A stretch of DNA of 20,041 nucleotides from Candidatus Sumerlaeales bacterium (GCA_038243585.1 JBBSQY010000056.1:1-20041); one strand, 5' to 3'; counted from the stretch's first letter, positions 1 through 8,158 are shown. The notes: a model not told the origin generated them from the letters alone. Program-made: numbers and translations.

Positions 1-574
1 CACCTTTTTTCATTCGAGCTTCGCGGGGGAAGACGCCATGTAACAGGATTTTGGTGTTCGGCAGCTTTTCCTGTATCACCTCAACTATGCGGGAGATGCC
101 GGCTACTATGTCTGCGGGGCTGTCGGAGTGGGTGTTGTTGGTTCCGATCATGATGACAACGACTTTAGGAGAAATGCCTTCCAGCTCTCCACCTTTGGTA
201 ATGCGCCAAAGAACGTTTTGAGTGCGGTCACCGCCGACACCGAAATTAGCCGGGTTCCATTTGTCAAAGCTGGCGTTCCAAACTTTGGGAAACCTGGACC
301 ATCGGTCGGTGATGGAATCGCCGAGGAACAGAAGGTCTATCGGGCCCTTTTTAAGGCGCTTGAGGTTTTCGGCGTGACGCTGCTCGAACTTCCCTTTGCG
401 TGGAACTGGATCAAGGGCTTTGGGAAGGCTGCCGGAAGTTGCGCTGGCGGTCATACTGGCGCTGGCGCTGGTGCTGAGAGCGATGGCGCTGCTGGTGGCG
501 GCGCCAGCCGCACCGGCGATGGGGAAAAGCAGCATGGATAGGGCTGTAACGGTGATGAAAACGGTTTTTATCAT
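1..574 (-). CDS. Secreted SGNH/GDSL-family hydrolase (PAF-acetylhydrolase Ib-like); runs off the window edge, 3' end missing
   Basis: Not in the ORF track; translated by hand from ATG at 574, with GGAG shortly upstream. MIKTVFITVTALSMLLFPIAGAAG (signal-peptide-like), a Ser/Ala/Thr linker, then IDLLFLGDSITDRW (block I), NFGVGGDRTQNVLWRI (block II) and PKVVVIMIGTNN (block III). The frame is open to the window edge. Confidence 0.92.
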   Translation of the reverse strand, partial: MIKTVFITVTALSMLLFPIAGAAGAATSSAIALSTSASASMTASATSGSLPKALDPVPRKGKFEQRHAENLKRLKKGPIDLLFLGDSITDRWSRFPKVWNASFDKWNPANFGVGGDRTQNVLWRITKGGELEGISPKVVVIMIGTNNTHSDSPADIVAGISRIVEVIQEKLPNTKILLHGVFPREARMKKG

Positions 575-757
575 GGTCGGGCTCCAGTTGGTTCAGATAT
601 GTGTAATCTGCGGCGCGGGGGGAGGATTGCAATTGTTATATAATATCATCTAGAAAGTTGTCGTAATAATGCCTTGATTAATTGCAACTTAAACTTAATA
701 AGAAACCCTGTGGCCGCAGGAATGGGGTCCGCGCTTAAAAAACTCTGGAGAAAATAA

Positions 758-3004
758 ATGCTTAACCTCACAATCACAGCAGGTTCTCATAGAGCTGCCG
801 CGGCGCTTATTGCTGCTGCTTTTCTTGTTTTAAATCCAAATGCGGCAACTTCCGGGGTATCGACGAAGGCGGTCAATTCTTATGCTCATAAAGATAGCAC
901 TCCAGCCGACGACCTAGCCCCTCGAATAGATACGGATGGTGCTGGAACGTGGGGCGGACTATGGATGAGTCCCTGGCTAACCAACCCTGCAGGAGGCGGC
1001 GTTAAGTTCTCTCTGAGTAACGACACAGGCGCAACATGGGGCGCTAATTCTGGCCACACCCTGATGCCAGGCCATAACATGATTAGTGCAGATGTTGCCT
1101 ATGCGGGTAATAACAAATGGGTAATTATGGGTATCAGCGAAGACCCTGCAAGCCCTAATGCCTTTCGGAAAGTTAGTTTTATCGTCACTAACGGTGACCA
1201 ACCAACAATAAATCCAAAAGTATTAACCCAAGCTGCTTCGTCTCAGCCATTTCCCTTCAATCAGCTGCAGGTGGTGTCTGACGGAAACGGAAAACTGCTG
1301 GCCAAGTGGCTGCAATTTAGTGAGGGGGTGCGTTATGACCTGGTGTTTTCCCACTCGACAGATTACGGGCAGACCTGGTCTGTCCCGGCAGATGGTTACG
1401 GCATCTATCCCAATTACGATCGTCGGGGTAAAGACGCCAAAATTGCTTACGCCGGCGACGGCATGTGGGTTATTGTATATACTTTTGCGGATGTTGACGG
1501 GAGAAATACGAATGCTGTTGCGCAATCCGATAATATGGGCGTCAGCTGGAACACGGTTGGACGGCTTTACCGGGGCACCGCTTCTGATTTTGAAGAGTCT
1601 CTTTTTGATATAGCGGCGCGGGACGGCAAAGTGGTTATTGCCTCGATGAATGTTTCTGATCCTCGTCCACCGGGCGGGATGGCGTACTCAGTGGCGATCT
1701 ATAACAGCAATGACAGTGGCACGACTTTTACCGGCCCGCTGTGGGTGCCGCGCTCGACATGGAACAGCATTCCAAGCCTCGCTACCGATGCGTCAGGCAA
1801 CTGGCTGTTATCGATATCTCCAAACGATACACGCTTTACTGACGACAACGTCAGCATTTGGAAATCGTCTTCACCAGAGACTACCTGGACCCTCTCGAAC
1901 GTGGTGCCACAAATCGGCAATACCAACGCGGTAGTTGCCGGGTCTGGAAATGGGGAATTTGTGCTGCTTACGGAGCATTATGACTCGCCCGCGACTTTCT
2001 TTAACGCCGATGTGGACATCATGTCCCTAGGTACTGACGACAATGGCACCACCTGGTCGGCTCCTGTTTACGTCAATTCCTCCGCGGCTTCAGACTTAGG
2101 GAAGGTCCATGATACGGGTCACGATATAGACGCCGCCGAAAACATCGTTATGGCCTCCTGGTTGACCAATTTCACCTATCCGCCGGGTATCAGCAGTAGT
2201 AGCACAGTGATGGTCAGCCGTTCGTTCGATCACGGCAAAACGTGGGGTCCGGCTATGGAAATCCCCGGTAGCTTTTTAATGGACTATAGCGGAACTTGGC
2301 TTAATACCTCCATTCGTCATATCAGCCCTGGCACCTGGGAATGCACCTGGCAAGTCAGCAACTGGTCTCCTTATACCTACAAAAAAGTAAAATCAATTGA
2401 CGACGGATTGACCTGGTCTGCGCCCGTCGCAGTAGAAGGTCTTCCTGTCCGAGATCCTTCAGTAGCTAGCGACGGAAGTGGCAATATGGTGAGGGCGCGA
2501 TCTGAAACGATCTTTGATTCCAATACAAGAACGGACACTGTAAATACATACACCGAACTGTCCACCGACAGTGGAGCCACATGGCACTCTAAAGTAAATG
2601 TATTGTCGGAATCCGGTCCATTCATGCAGTGGACATCCCAAAATCGCGATGAGCCTGCCGTGGTCTATCTCGGTGATATGCGATTTGCGGTCCTCGTGCA
2701 GAACATATTTGAAGGCCGAGATTTACCGTACGATGTTAACAGGCTCCAAACCTTTAATCTCTATATAGCGGAATCTAGTAATGGCGGTAACACTTGGTCG
2801 ATACCGACTCCGGTTGTAAAAACCAGCCGAGCTACTCAGAGGTACGAAGCTACTTTGACGGCAGCCGGTAACAACATCATTGTTGGCTGGCAGAAGGGCG
2901 AAACGCCCGGGATTTATGGCTCTCAGGATGAAGGCGATATCTACGCATGGACGAAACGCTTCGGTAATCCCACAGCCGCGCGTGACTGGTCGCTTTTCGA
3001 TTAA
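758..3004 (+). CDS. Secreted BNR/Asp-box repeat beta-propeller protein (sialidase-like fold, activity unknown) with a C-terminal DWxL(F/Y) tail
   Basis: 748-aa ORF with GGAG upstream of the ATG and an N-terminal hydrophobic signal-like segment. About nine S/T-x-D-x-G-x-T-W boxes: SNDTGATW, STDYGQTW, SDNMGVSW, SNDSGTTF, TDDNGTTW, SFDHGKTW, SIDDGLTW, STDSGATW, SSNGGNTW. Ends TAARDWSLFD. Confidence 0.85.
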   Translation: MLNLTITAGSHRAAAALIAAAFLVLNPNAATSGVSTKAVNSYAHKDSTPADDLAPRIDTDGAGTWGGLWMSPWLTNPAGGGVKFSLSNDTGATWGANSGHTLMPGHNMISADVAYAGNNKWVIMGISEDPASPNAFRKVSFIVTNGDQPTINPKVLTQAASSQPFPFNQLQVVSDGNGKLLAKWLQFSEGVRYDLVFSHSTDYGQTWSVPADGYGIYPNYDRRGKDAKIAYAGDGMWVIVYTFADVDGRNTNAVAQSDNMGVSWNTVGRLYRGTASDFEESLFDIAARDGKVVIASMNVSDPRPPGGMAYSVAIYNSNDSGTTFTGPLWVPRSTWNSIPSLATDASGNWLLSISPNDTRFTDDNVSIWKSSSPETTWTLSNVVPQIGNTNAVVAGSGNGEFVLLTEHYDSPATFFNADVDIMSLGTDDNGTTWSAPVYVNSSAASDLGKVHDTGHDIDAAENIVMASWLTNFTYPPGISSSSTVMVSRSFDHGKTWGPAMEIPGSFLMDYSGTWLNTSIRHISPGTWECTWQVSNWSPYTYKKVKSIDDGLTWSAPVAVEGLPVRDPSVASDGSGNMVRARSETIFDSNTRTDTVNTYTELSTDSGATWHSKVNVLSESGPFMQWTSQNRDEPAVVYLGDMRFAVLVQNIFEGRDLPYDVNRLQTFNLYIAESSNGGNTWSIPTPVVKTSRATQRYEATLTAAGNNIIVGWQKGETPGIYGSQDEGDIYAWTKRFGNPTAARDWSLFD

Positions 3005-3031
3005 TTGCGTGGCGTTGTGATGTATTGATTT

Positions 3032-3322
3032 GTAGAGATGCTTCGGGCTTTCAGCCGTGGCGCATTTTTAATACTACCATGCTGGGTTGGTGGACCAGGC
3101 TGGTATGCAAACGCAAATTTGGTGATGAAAACAAAACCAAGTGAATCACACTTAGCCAGATTCAAAAACTTGACCGATGCGCCAGTGGTGGCATGGGAGG
3201 AAATTGCTGCTGAAGCGGTTGTGAAGCCACGCTGAAGCGCGCTTTTCTTTGTTTTCGCTATGGTCACCCCTCATAAATGAGGGTGCAAAGAATAGCGGGC
3301 TAAAGCCAGCCGTGAACACGGC
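3032..3322. repeat. Degenerate REP-like palindromes downstream of the BNR gene
   Basis: GTAG at 3032 followed by GGGCTTTCAGCCGTGGC (3045-3061); an imperfect inverted partner GCCACGCTGAAGC (3226-3238); CCCTCAT-AA-ATGAGGG (3268-3283); GCGGGCTAAAGCCAGC (3295-3310); GCCGTG-AA-CACGGC (3309-3322). The CGGGCTTTCAGCC core recurs at 3627-3639. Confidence 0.45.
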
Positions 3323-3551
3323 AACAGTCATATCGTTGCTTTTTATGTGTCCAGGAGTCTCTGAAGTAAGCCACTCAGTTAAAACTGGACAATTCCTTAC
3401 AGAATGCAGGATGCACGGAACTGAGTTGCGCCCGCCCCCGCGGGCATCTTGGGGCTAAACATCGGACAATCACCGCTCTGGTTAAGTTAAGTTCGAGTTG
3501 GACTGCTCCTAAATCAGTTATTTATAACGTGTCTGCGAACTAATAGTTGGG

Positions 3552-3641
3552 GGTATGGGACGGACTTTCAGCCCTTGATAATAGGGTATGACGAAACCCA
3601 GGCCTGCGGCCTGGGCTGGTATGGAACGGGCTTTCAGCCCT
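3552..3641. repeat. REP-like composite element: two 24-nt direct repeats flanking a perfect hairpin
   Basis: GGTATGGGACGGACTTTCAGCCCT (3552-3575) and GGTATGGAACGGGCTTTCAGCCCT (3618-3641) are 22/24 identical; the second contains the palindrome GGGCT-TTC-AGCCC. Between them lies CCCAGGCC-TGC-GGCCTGGG (3597-3615). Confidence 0.8.
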
Positions 3642-3653
3642 AAGTTGGAGCTT

Positions 3654-3710
3654 TTCAGACGGACTCTCGGCTAATCGACGGGGTCTCAGCGAATCGACGG
3701 GGTCTTGTGA
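3654..3710. repeat. 19-bp-period tandem repeat, three copies (first degenerate)
   Basis: TTCAGACGGACTCTCGGCT / AATCGACGGGGTCTCAGCG / AATCGACGGGGTCTTGTGA. The 14-mer AATCGACGGGGTCT is exact at 3673-3686 and 3692-3705. The array abuts the stop codon at 3711. Confidence 0.75.
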
Positions 3711-6488
3711 TTAGTACAGGGTCCAGTCGTTCACTTTGCTGTCGAGAACTTCGATGTAGTAAACCTCCTGCCCAAGTGGTTCTGCTGAATGCGAGTCTGC
3801 GGAAAAGAACAGGCGATTGCCGAGGACGCCGGCTTCGTTCATGGTGGCACCGGATTTGGCTCCAGGCGCGAAATCCTGGATGAGATTTATGCCGCCGGCA
3901 TAACCAACAGTGCGATAGAGTTCGCGACCGAGACTTGCTGTTGTACTTGCCAGGTACATAAACCCGTTTACCTCTGCCAGCAATTGTGGCTCTGAAGACA
4001 GGGGGCCCTGGAAAACATTCCGGGTCCCTGGGACAGTTCCATTACTGTAGTTCAAATGGTATTTGTATTGCGAGGGATTTAAGCCACTGAGACTGACGCC
4101 CATGTAATAAACCCCTCCGTGCTGGCTCTGCAGTAAGTCTAGCCCGTCACCGTTAATAAAGGCCGGCATGATGGATGATACCTGGGTGGTTCCGGCTACG
4201 GTTCCGTCTGTCATCCATAAACTGGTGGTGGTGCTGGAATCGCTGGCGAAGAAATAGACACGGTTTCCCGCACTGGTAAAGTGGCTGGGCGATGATCCGG
4301 TGATGCCCGGCACTATGTCAGCTAGTAATGAGGTTCCCTGGGGAGTGCCATCGGATATCATGATTTCTTCCCCGGTTCCGGTTCCGGTAGCGCCAAAGAC
4401 AATGCGTCCGTCAGGCAGCGCAGCTCCTTCGGTTGGCGGCGTGGAGGATTGCAAGATTTCGCTGGTGCCTGCAGCTGTCCCGTCGGTCGTGATTACCCGG
4501 TAATTCGGTGGGGAGGGGTTGCTGTCCGGAGCATAAAAGAGACCCCATGATCCGCTGGCGCCGATGAGGCGCAGCGGGTAGGATGATGTGACCAGAGCCG
4601 TCGCCGGGATGTCTTCTGTTCCGGCGACAGTTCCATTGCTTTTGTATAGGACTGGATAATCATCTCCCGTTGCGCCACCGAAGTAACAATAGTCGCCCAG
4701 TTCAAAAAGTTTAGTTGGGCGTTTGGGCGCGTGTGCCGGCGAGCTTTGCACAATCTCCGTTGGTGGGGCGCTGGTTGAGTTTCCGCTTGTTATATAGACC
4801 TTGCCATCCCCATAGTATCGCCCGTCCTCCCAGTGGCTGTAGTCGCTGTAGAATAGGGGGCCGTTCGGAGTGACACCCAGCCATTCGGCGTTGGGCGCCT
4901 GTATCTTCATCGCTGTATAAGGATTATCAATTCTATAGGATGCTCGAGTCGATTGGGTTTGAGGCAGGCCTTCGGTAAAGAATAACCGATTGCCGGCTTT
5001 GATGAAATTCGTTGGGTTTATGCTTAACGGGATATTATTAAAACGCGTCAGTCTTATCGGTGCATTGGAGTTCTGGGAATTTGCGATAAAGATATTTTCC
5101 GTCTGGTTTTGATCAAAAGACAACAAGTTAAAGACCGGATTTCCGTTGAACAGTGGGAGTTGACCGCTCGAAAATCTGGCATAGGGTGAGGTCTTAGCGA
5201 CTAGTATTGCGCTGGCCAGAGGACCGTTAATGCGAAAAATCCCGCTCGTGGTAGACAGGTATGTCCCAGCCGGAGTCGGAAAGGCGGCTCCGATATCCGC
5301 GAACGGCAAGCCGGGCGGGACGGCAACCGGAACAGAGTAACCATCTGAGACGTATAACACCATCGTGCTATTTGCCTGATTAAAGCCAGAGATATACAGA
5401 CTATCATTTACCCAGGCCAGTTCGGCCGGTATTGCTTGAGAATCTGGCAGATTAGGGAGTACGCGGGTGGTGACGCCATCACTGGCGTGGATGGTGGAAC
5501 CGGTTTGCTGCTTTACCCAAAAGAAGTCTGTGCTGGATTCGGTGCGGGCGCCGCCCTGGCTCATGTCGAAAGAAACCGGGAGATCGAGAGAGAGGGTACG
5601 GGTGCCGGTTAACGTGCCGTCCGTCACAAAGAATGGGGTTACACCGTCGCTCCCGTTAACACCGAAAAAACATTGTCCCAACGCACGAACCATTTCTACC
5701 TTTTTGGTGGAGGGGGAAGTGAGGGTGTATAATAGCTGGGTTCCTGTGGCAGTGCCATCGGTTCTGTAAAGGCTCGCTGTTTTGCCGGCATCCTCATATA
5801 TAAAAAAAAGAAGAACATCGCCCAGCAGACGCGTGGGACCAACGGCCGGGATGGCCGTCGCTTCTGGCCGCATAAATGAGATGAAGGTGGTGATCTCTGT
5901 GCCGTCACTGGTGGCGGTTTGCAGTCGACCGACCTCATACCCCGAGGAATAACGAGCTTTTCGGACGAAGCAAATATTGCCTCCACTGCCTGACCAGGTG
6001 GCGAAGGGGGAAGTCCCTTCGATTTCGTCGGATGCATATTCGGTTTTGCCGGTGGCGCCATCAAGTTTCGCGTAACGAAAAACCAGATCATCGGGACTCT
6101 GAGGAAAAATGGCCTTTCCATCGACAACAGCAAAAAAAGGATGGTCTGCCAAGCCGACGGCATCGCGCGGGCCCGGTTGTCCTGTATCTCCGAATGTGGC
6201 CGCGGATCCCATACGCATTCCAATTCCCTGATCAGGGCTGATAAGGTTTGGGAAATTCATGTAATAGCCGTCAATGGTATTAGGATTCAAGTTTCCACGA
6301 CGCGATACCACGTAGATGCTGTCGGTGGTGGTTCTTATTTGCGACACGACTCTTGCATCATTCTGCCAGTAACTTAGCTTATGTGACAGGAGATTTATAG
6401 GCTGTGAGCGGGCTGTGGCCGAAAATGCCAGGACTATTCCTGTTACTGCTAAAAGACGAATGTATCGAAAAAGCTGGTTCGTGCGCAA
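3711..6488 (-). CDS. Secreted ELWxxDGT-repeat beta-propeller protein with a C-terminal DWxLY tail
   Basis: 925-aa ORF with a TTG start preceded by AGGGGA and a signal peptide (MRTNQLFRYIRLLAVTGIVLAFSATARS). Repeats: LYRTDGTATGT, FFVTDGTLTGT, LYKSNGTVAGT, VITTDGTAAGT, GEEIMISDGTPQGTSLLADIVPG, LWMTDGTVAGT, GRELYRT. Ends SKVNDWTLY. Confidence 0.88.
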   Translation of the reverse strand: MRTNQLFRYIRLLAVTGIVLAFSATARSQPINLLSHKLSYWQNDARVVSQIRTTTDSIYVVSRRGNLNPNTIDGYYMNFPNLISPDQGIGMRMGSAATFGDTGQPGPRDAVGLADHPFFAVVDGKAIFPQSPDDLVFRYAKLDGATGKTEYASDEIEGTSPFATWSGSGGNICFVRKARYSSGYEVGRLQTATSDGTEITTFISFMRPEATAIPAVGPTRLLGDVLLFFIYEDAGKTASLYRTDGTATGTQLLYTLTSPSTKKVEMVRALGQCFFGVNGSDGVTPFFVTDGTLTGTRTLSLDLPVSFDMSQGGARTESSTDFFWVKQQTGSTIHASDGVTTRVLPNLPDSQAIPAELAWVNDSLYISGFNQANSTMVLYVSDGYSVPVAVPPGLPFADIGAAFPTPAGTYLSTTSGIFRINGPLASAILVAKTSPYARFSSGQLPLFNGNPVFNLLSFDQNQTENIFIANSQNSNAPIRLTRFNNIPLSINPTNFIKAGNRLFFTEGLPQTQSTRASYRIDNPYTAMKIQAPNAEWLGVTPNGPLFYSDYSHWEDGRYYGDGKVYITSGNSTSAPPTEIVQSSPAHAPKRPTKLFELGDYCYFGGATGDDYPVLYKSNGTVAGTEDIPATALVTSSYPLRLIGASGSWGLFYAPDSNPSPPNYRVITTDGTAAGTSEILQSSTPPTEGAALPDGRIVFGATGTGTGEEIMISDGTPQGTSLLADIVPGITGSSPSHFTSAGNRVYFFASDSSTTTSLWMTDGTVAGTTQVSSIMPAFINGDGLDLLQSQHGGVYYMGVSLSGLNPSQYKYHLNYSNGTVPGTRNVFQGPLSSEPQLLAEVNGFMYLASTTASLGRELYRTVGYAGGINLIQDFAPGAKSGATMNEAGVLGNRLFFSADSHSAEPLGQEVYYIEVLDSKVNDWTLY

Positions 6489-6715
6489 AGTTTTTGTCCC
6501 CTGTTAATTTCAATCTACCTGATCATGATATGACATACGCGCGGACGGGCAATAGTTTTTTGGGTTGAGGATCAAGTTATTCCGCAGAAATTAAGATCGA
6601 AAATTATTAGCATAAGGATCTCATGACCTGAAATGGCTGGTCCCTGGTTGATAAAAAGTTGAGTGAAAAACGAGTTGTTTTTCAGCTGGGAACGGAAATC
6701 GTTACGGTGACTGGC

Positions 6716-8158
6716 ATGACTAATACGACCGCCATAGTATGGTTTCGACGGGACTTGCGCCTAGCTGATAACCCCGCTTTTTTTGAAGCGCTGAAGCTTT
6801 TTGAGACGGTCGTGCCCGTCTACATTTGGTCGCCCGAGGAGGATTCTCGCTGGGCACCTGGGGCGGCCAGTCGGGTTTGGCTTTATCATTCACTGGAAGC
6901 TTTGGCTAATGCCATGGCAGAAAAACAAAGCAGGCTTATTTTGCGCCGGGGAGAGGCGCTGCCGGCGCTTCAAACCTTGATTAAGGACACTGGGGCGACG
7001 GCGGTTTTTTGGAACCGACTGTATGAACCTTCGGTTAATGAGCAGGATGCAGGCGTGGAAAAGGCGCTGCGAAGCGACGGGGTCGAGTGTGAAATTTTTC
7101 CGGGGAATCTTTTGCTGGAGCCATGGGATTCCAGAAAGAAAGATGATACAGCGTACCGGGTGTTTACGCCTTTTGCGAACGCCCTTAAAGAAAAGCTGGA
7201 TGACATCAAAGCGGACCCGGCGCCTGGTGTGATGTCGGCGGTACCGCCGGAAATTTACTCGGACGACCTTGAGTCGTTCGATCTTCTGCCGAAGATCGAG
7301 CGGGCAGGGGGAATTCAAGAAGCATGGACGTTTGGCGAAGCGGGAGGGCAGGCGGCGCTTAAGGATTTTATACAGAACGGGCTTGGCGGTTATAGCAAAA
7401 CCCGTAATTTGCCCGCGATGGAGGATGGGGTGTCGCGGTTATCTCCGTATCTGCATTTTGGCGAGATCAGTATCAGGCACGTTTGGGCGGACGTATCAAA
7501 AGCCCGCGCGAAACTGTCGGGGGCGGAACAGAAATCGGCGGACGTTTATCTTAAGGAATTGCTTTGGCGGGAGTTCAGCCATCATCTGCTATTTCATTTT
7601 CCGACCATGCCGGATAAGCCGCTTCGGGAAGAGTTTTCCCGGTATCGTTGGGCCACGTCGGGCACTCAATTGAAGGCCTGGCAGCGTGGGCAAACCGGGT
7701 ACCCCATCGTCGACGCGGGTATGCGGCAACTTTGGGAGACTGGGTGGATGCACAATCGCGTTCGCATGATTGTCGGGTCGTTCCTGATCAAAGATCTGGG
7801 TATCGAATGGCAGACGGGTGAGGAATGGTTTTGGGATTCCCTGGTGGACGCGGACCTGGCGCAAAATGCCATGAACTGGCAGTGGGTTGCGGGCTCAGGC
7901 GCGGACGCATCGCCGTTTTTTCGGATCTTTAATCCGGTCACGCAGGGAAAGAAGTTCGATCCTGAGGGCGAGTATGTTCGGCGATATGTGCCGGAGCTGA
8001 AGGACATGCCGGCTAAGTGGATTCATGCGCCTTTTGATGCACCGGGAGAGGTGCTGGAGGGAGCGGACGTTAAGCTGGGGGATAATTATCCGAAGCCGAT
8101 TGTAGATCATGACGAGGCGCGCAAACAGGCGCTGGCGAACTATCAGAAGATTCGTTAG
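6716..8158 (+). CDS. phrB: Deoxyribodipyrimidine (CPD) photolyase
   Basis: IVWFRRDLRLADNPA N-terminal motif, VSRLSPYLHFGEIS, ELLWREF, WQRGQTGYPIVDAGMRQLWETGWMHNRVRMIVGSFL and WQWVAGSGADASPFFRIFNP. The start is moved from the track's 6659 to ATG 6716 because the family motif begins a few residues later. Confidence 0.95.
   Translation: MTNTTAIVWFRRDLRLADNPAFFEALKLFETVVPVYIWSPEEDSRWAPGAASRVWLYHSLEALANAMAEKQSRLILRRGEALPALQTLIKDTGATAVFWNRLYEPSVNEQDAGVEKALRSDGVECEIFPGNLLLEPWDSRKKDDTAYRVFTPFANALKEKLDDIKADPAPGVMSAVPPEIYSDDLESFDLLPKIERAGGIQEAWTFGEAGGQAALKDFIQNGLGGYSKTRNLPAMEDGVSRLSPYLHFGEISIRHVWADVSKARAKLSGAEQKSADVYLKELLWREFSHHLLFHFPTMPDKPLREEFSRYRWATSGTQLKAWQRGQTGYPIVDAGMRQLWETGWMHNRVRMIVGSFLIKDLGIEWQTGEEWFWDSLVDADLAQNAMNWQWVAGSGADASPFFRIFNPVTQGKKFDPEGEYVRRYVPELKDMPAKWIHAPFDAPGEVLEGADVKLGDNYPKPIVDHDEARKQALANYQKIR

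Noticed and set aside
128..653. Track ORFs 128..541 (+), 396..653 (+) and 411..632 (-)
   Set aside because: Shadows of the real minus-strand GDSL hydrolase gene (start 574), which has clear family motifs.
700..735. Leader hairpin CCTGTGGCCGCAGG upstream of the BNR gene as a riboswitch
   Set aside because: A single short stem with no conserved aptamer motif that I can recognise.
758..3004. Calling the BNR protein a sialidase (nanH/nanA)
   Set aside because: Asp boxes are structural and occur in many propeller proteins, and no RIP motif or catalytic set could be identified by eye.
3001..3458. Short ORFs 3001..3267 (-), 3038..3235 (+) and 3249..3458 (+)
   Set aside because: No recognisable motifs, they overlap each other, and they run through palindromic repeats. 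Probably non-coding, although a small peptide cannot be excluded.
3552..3641. Possible mini-CRISPR array (two 24-nt repeats with a 42-nt spacer)
   Set aside because: Only two imperfect repeats, the spacer itself contains a perfect hairpin, and there are no cas genes in the window. A REP-type element explains it better.
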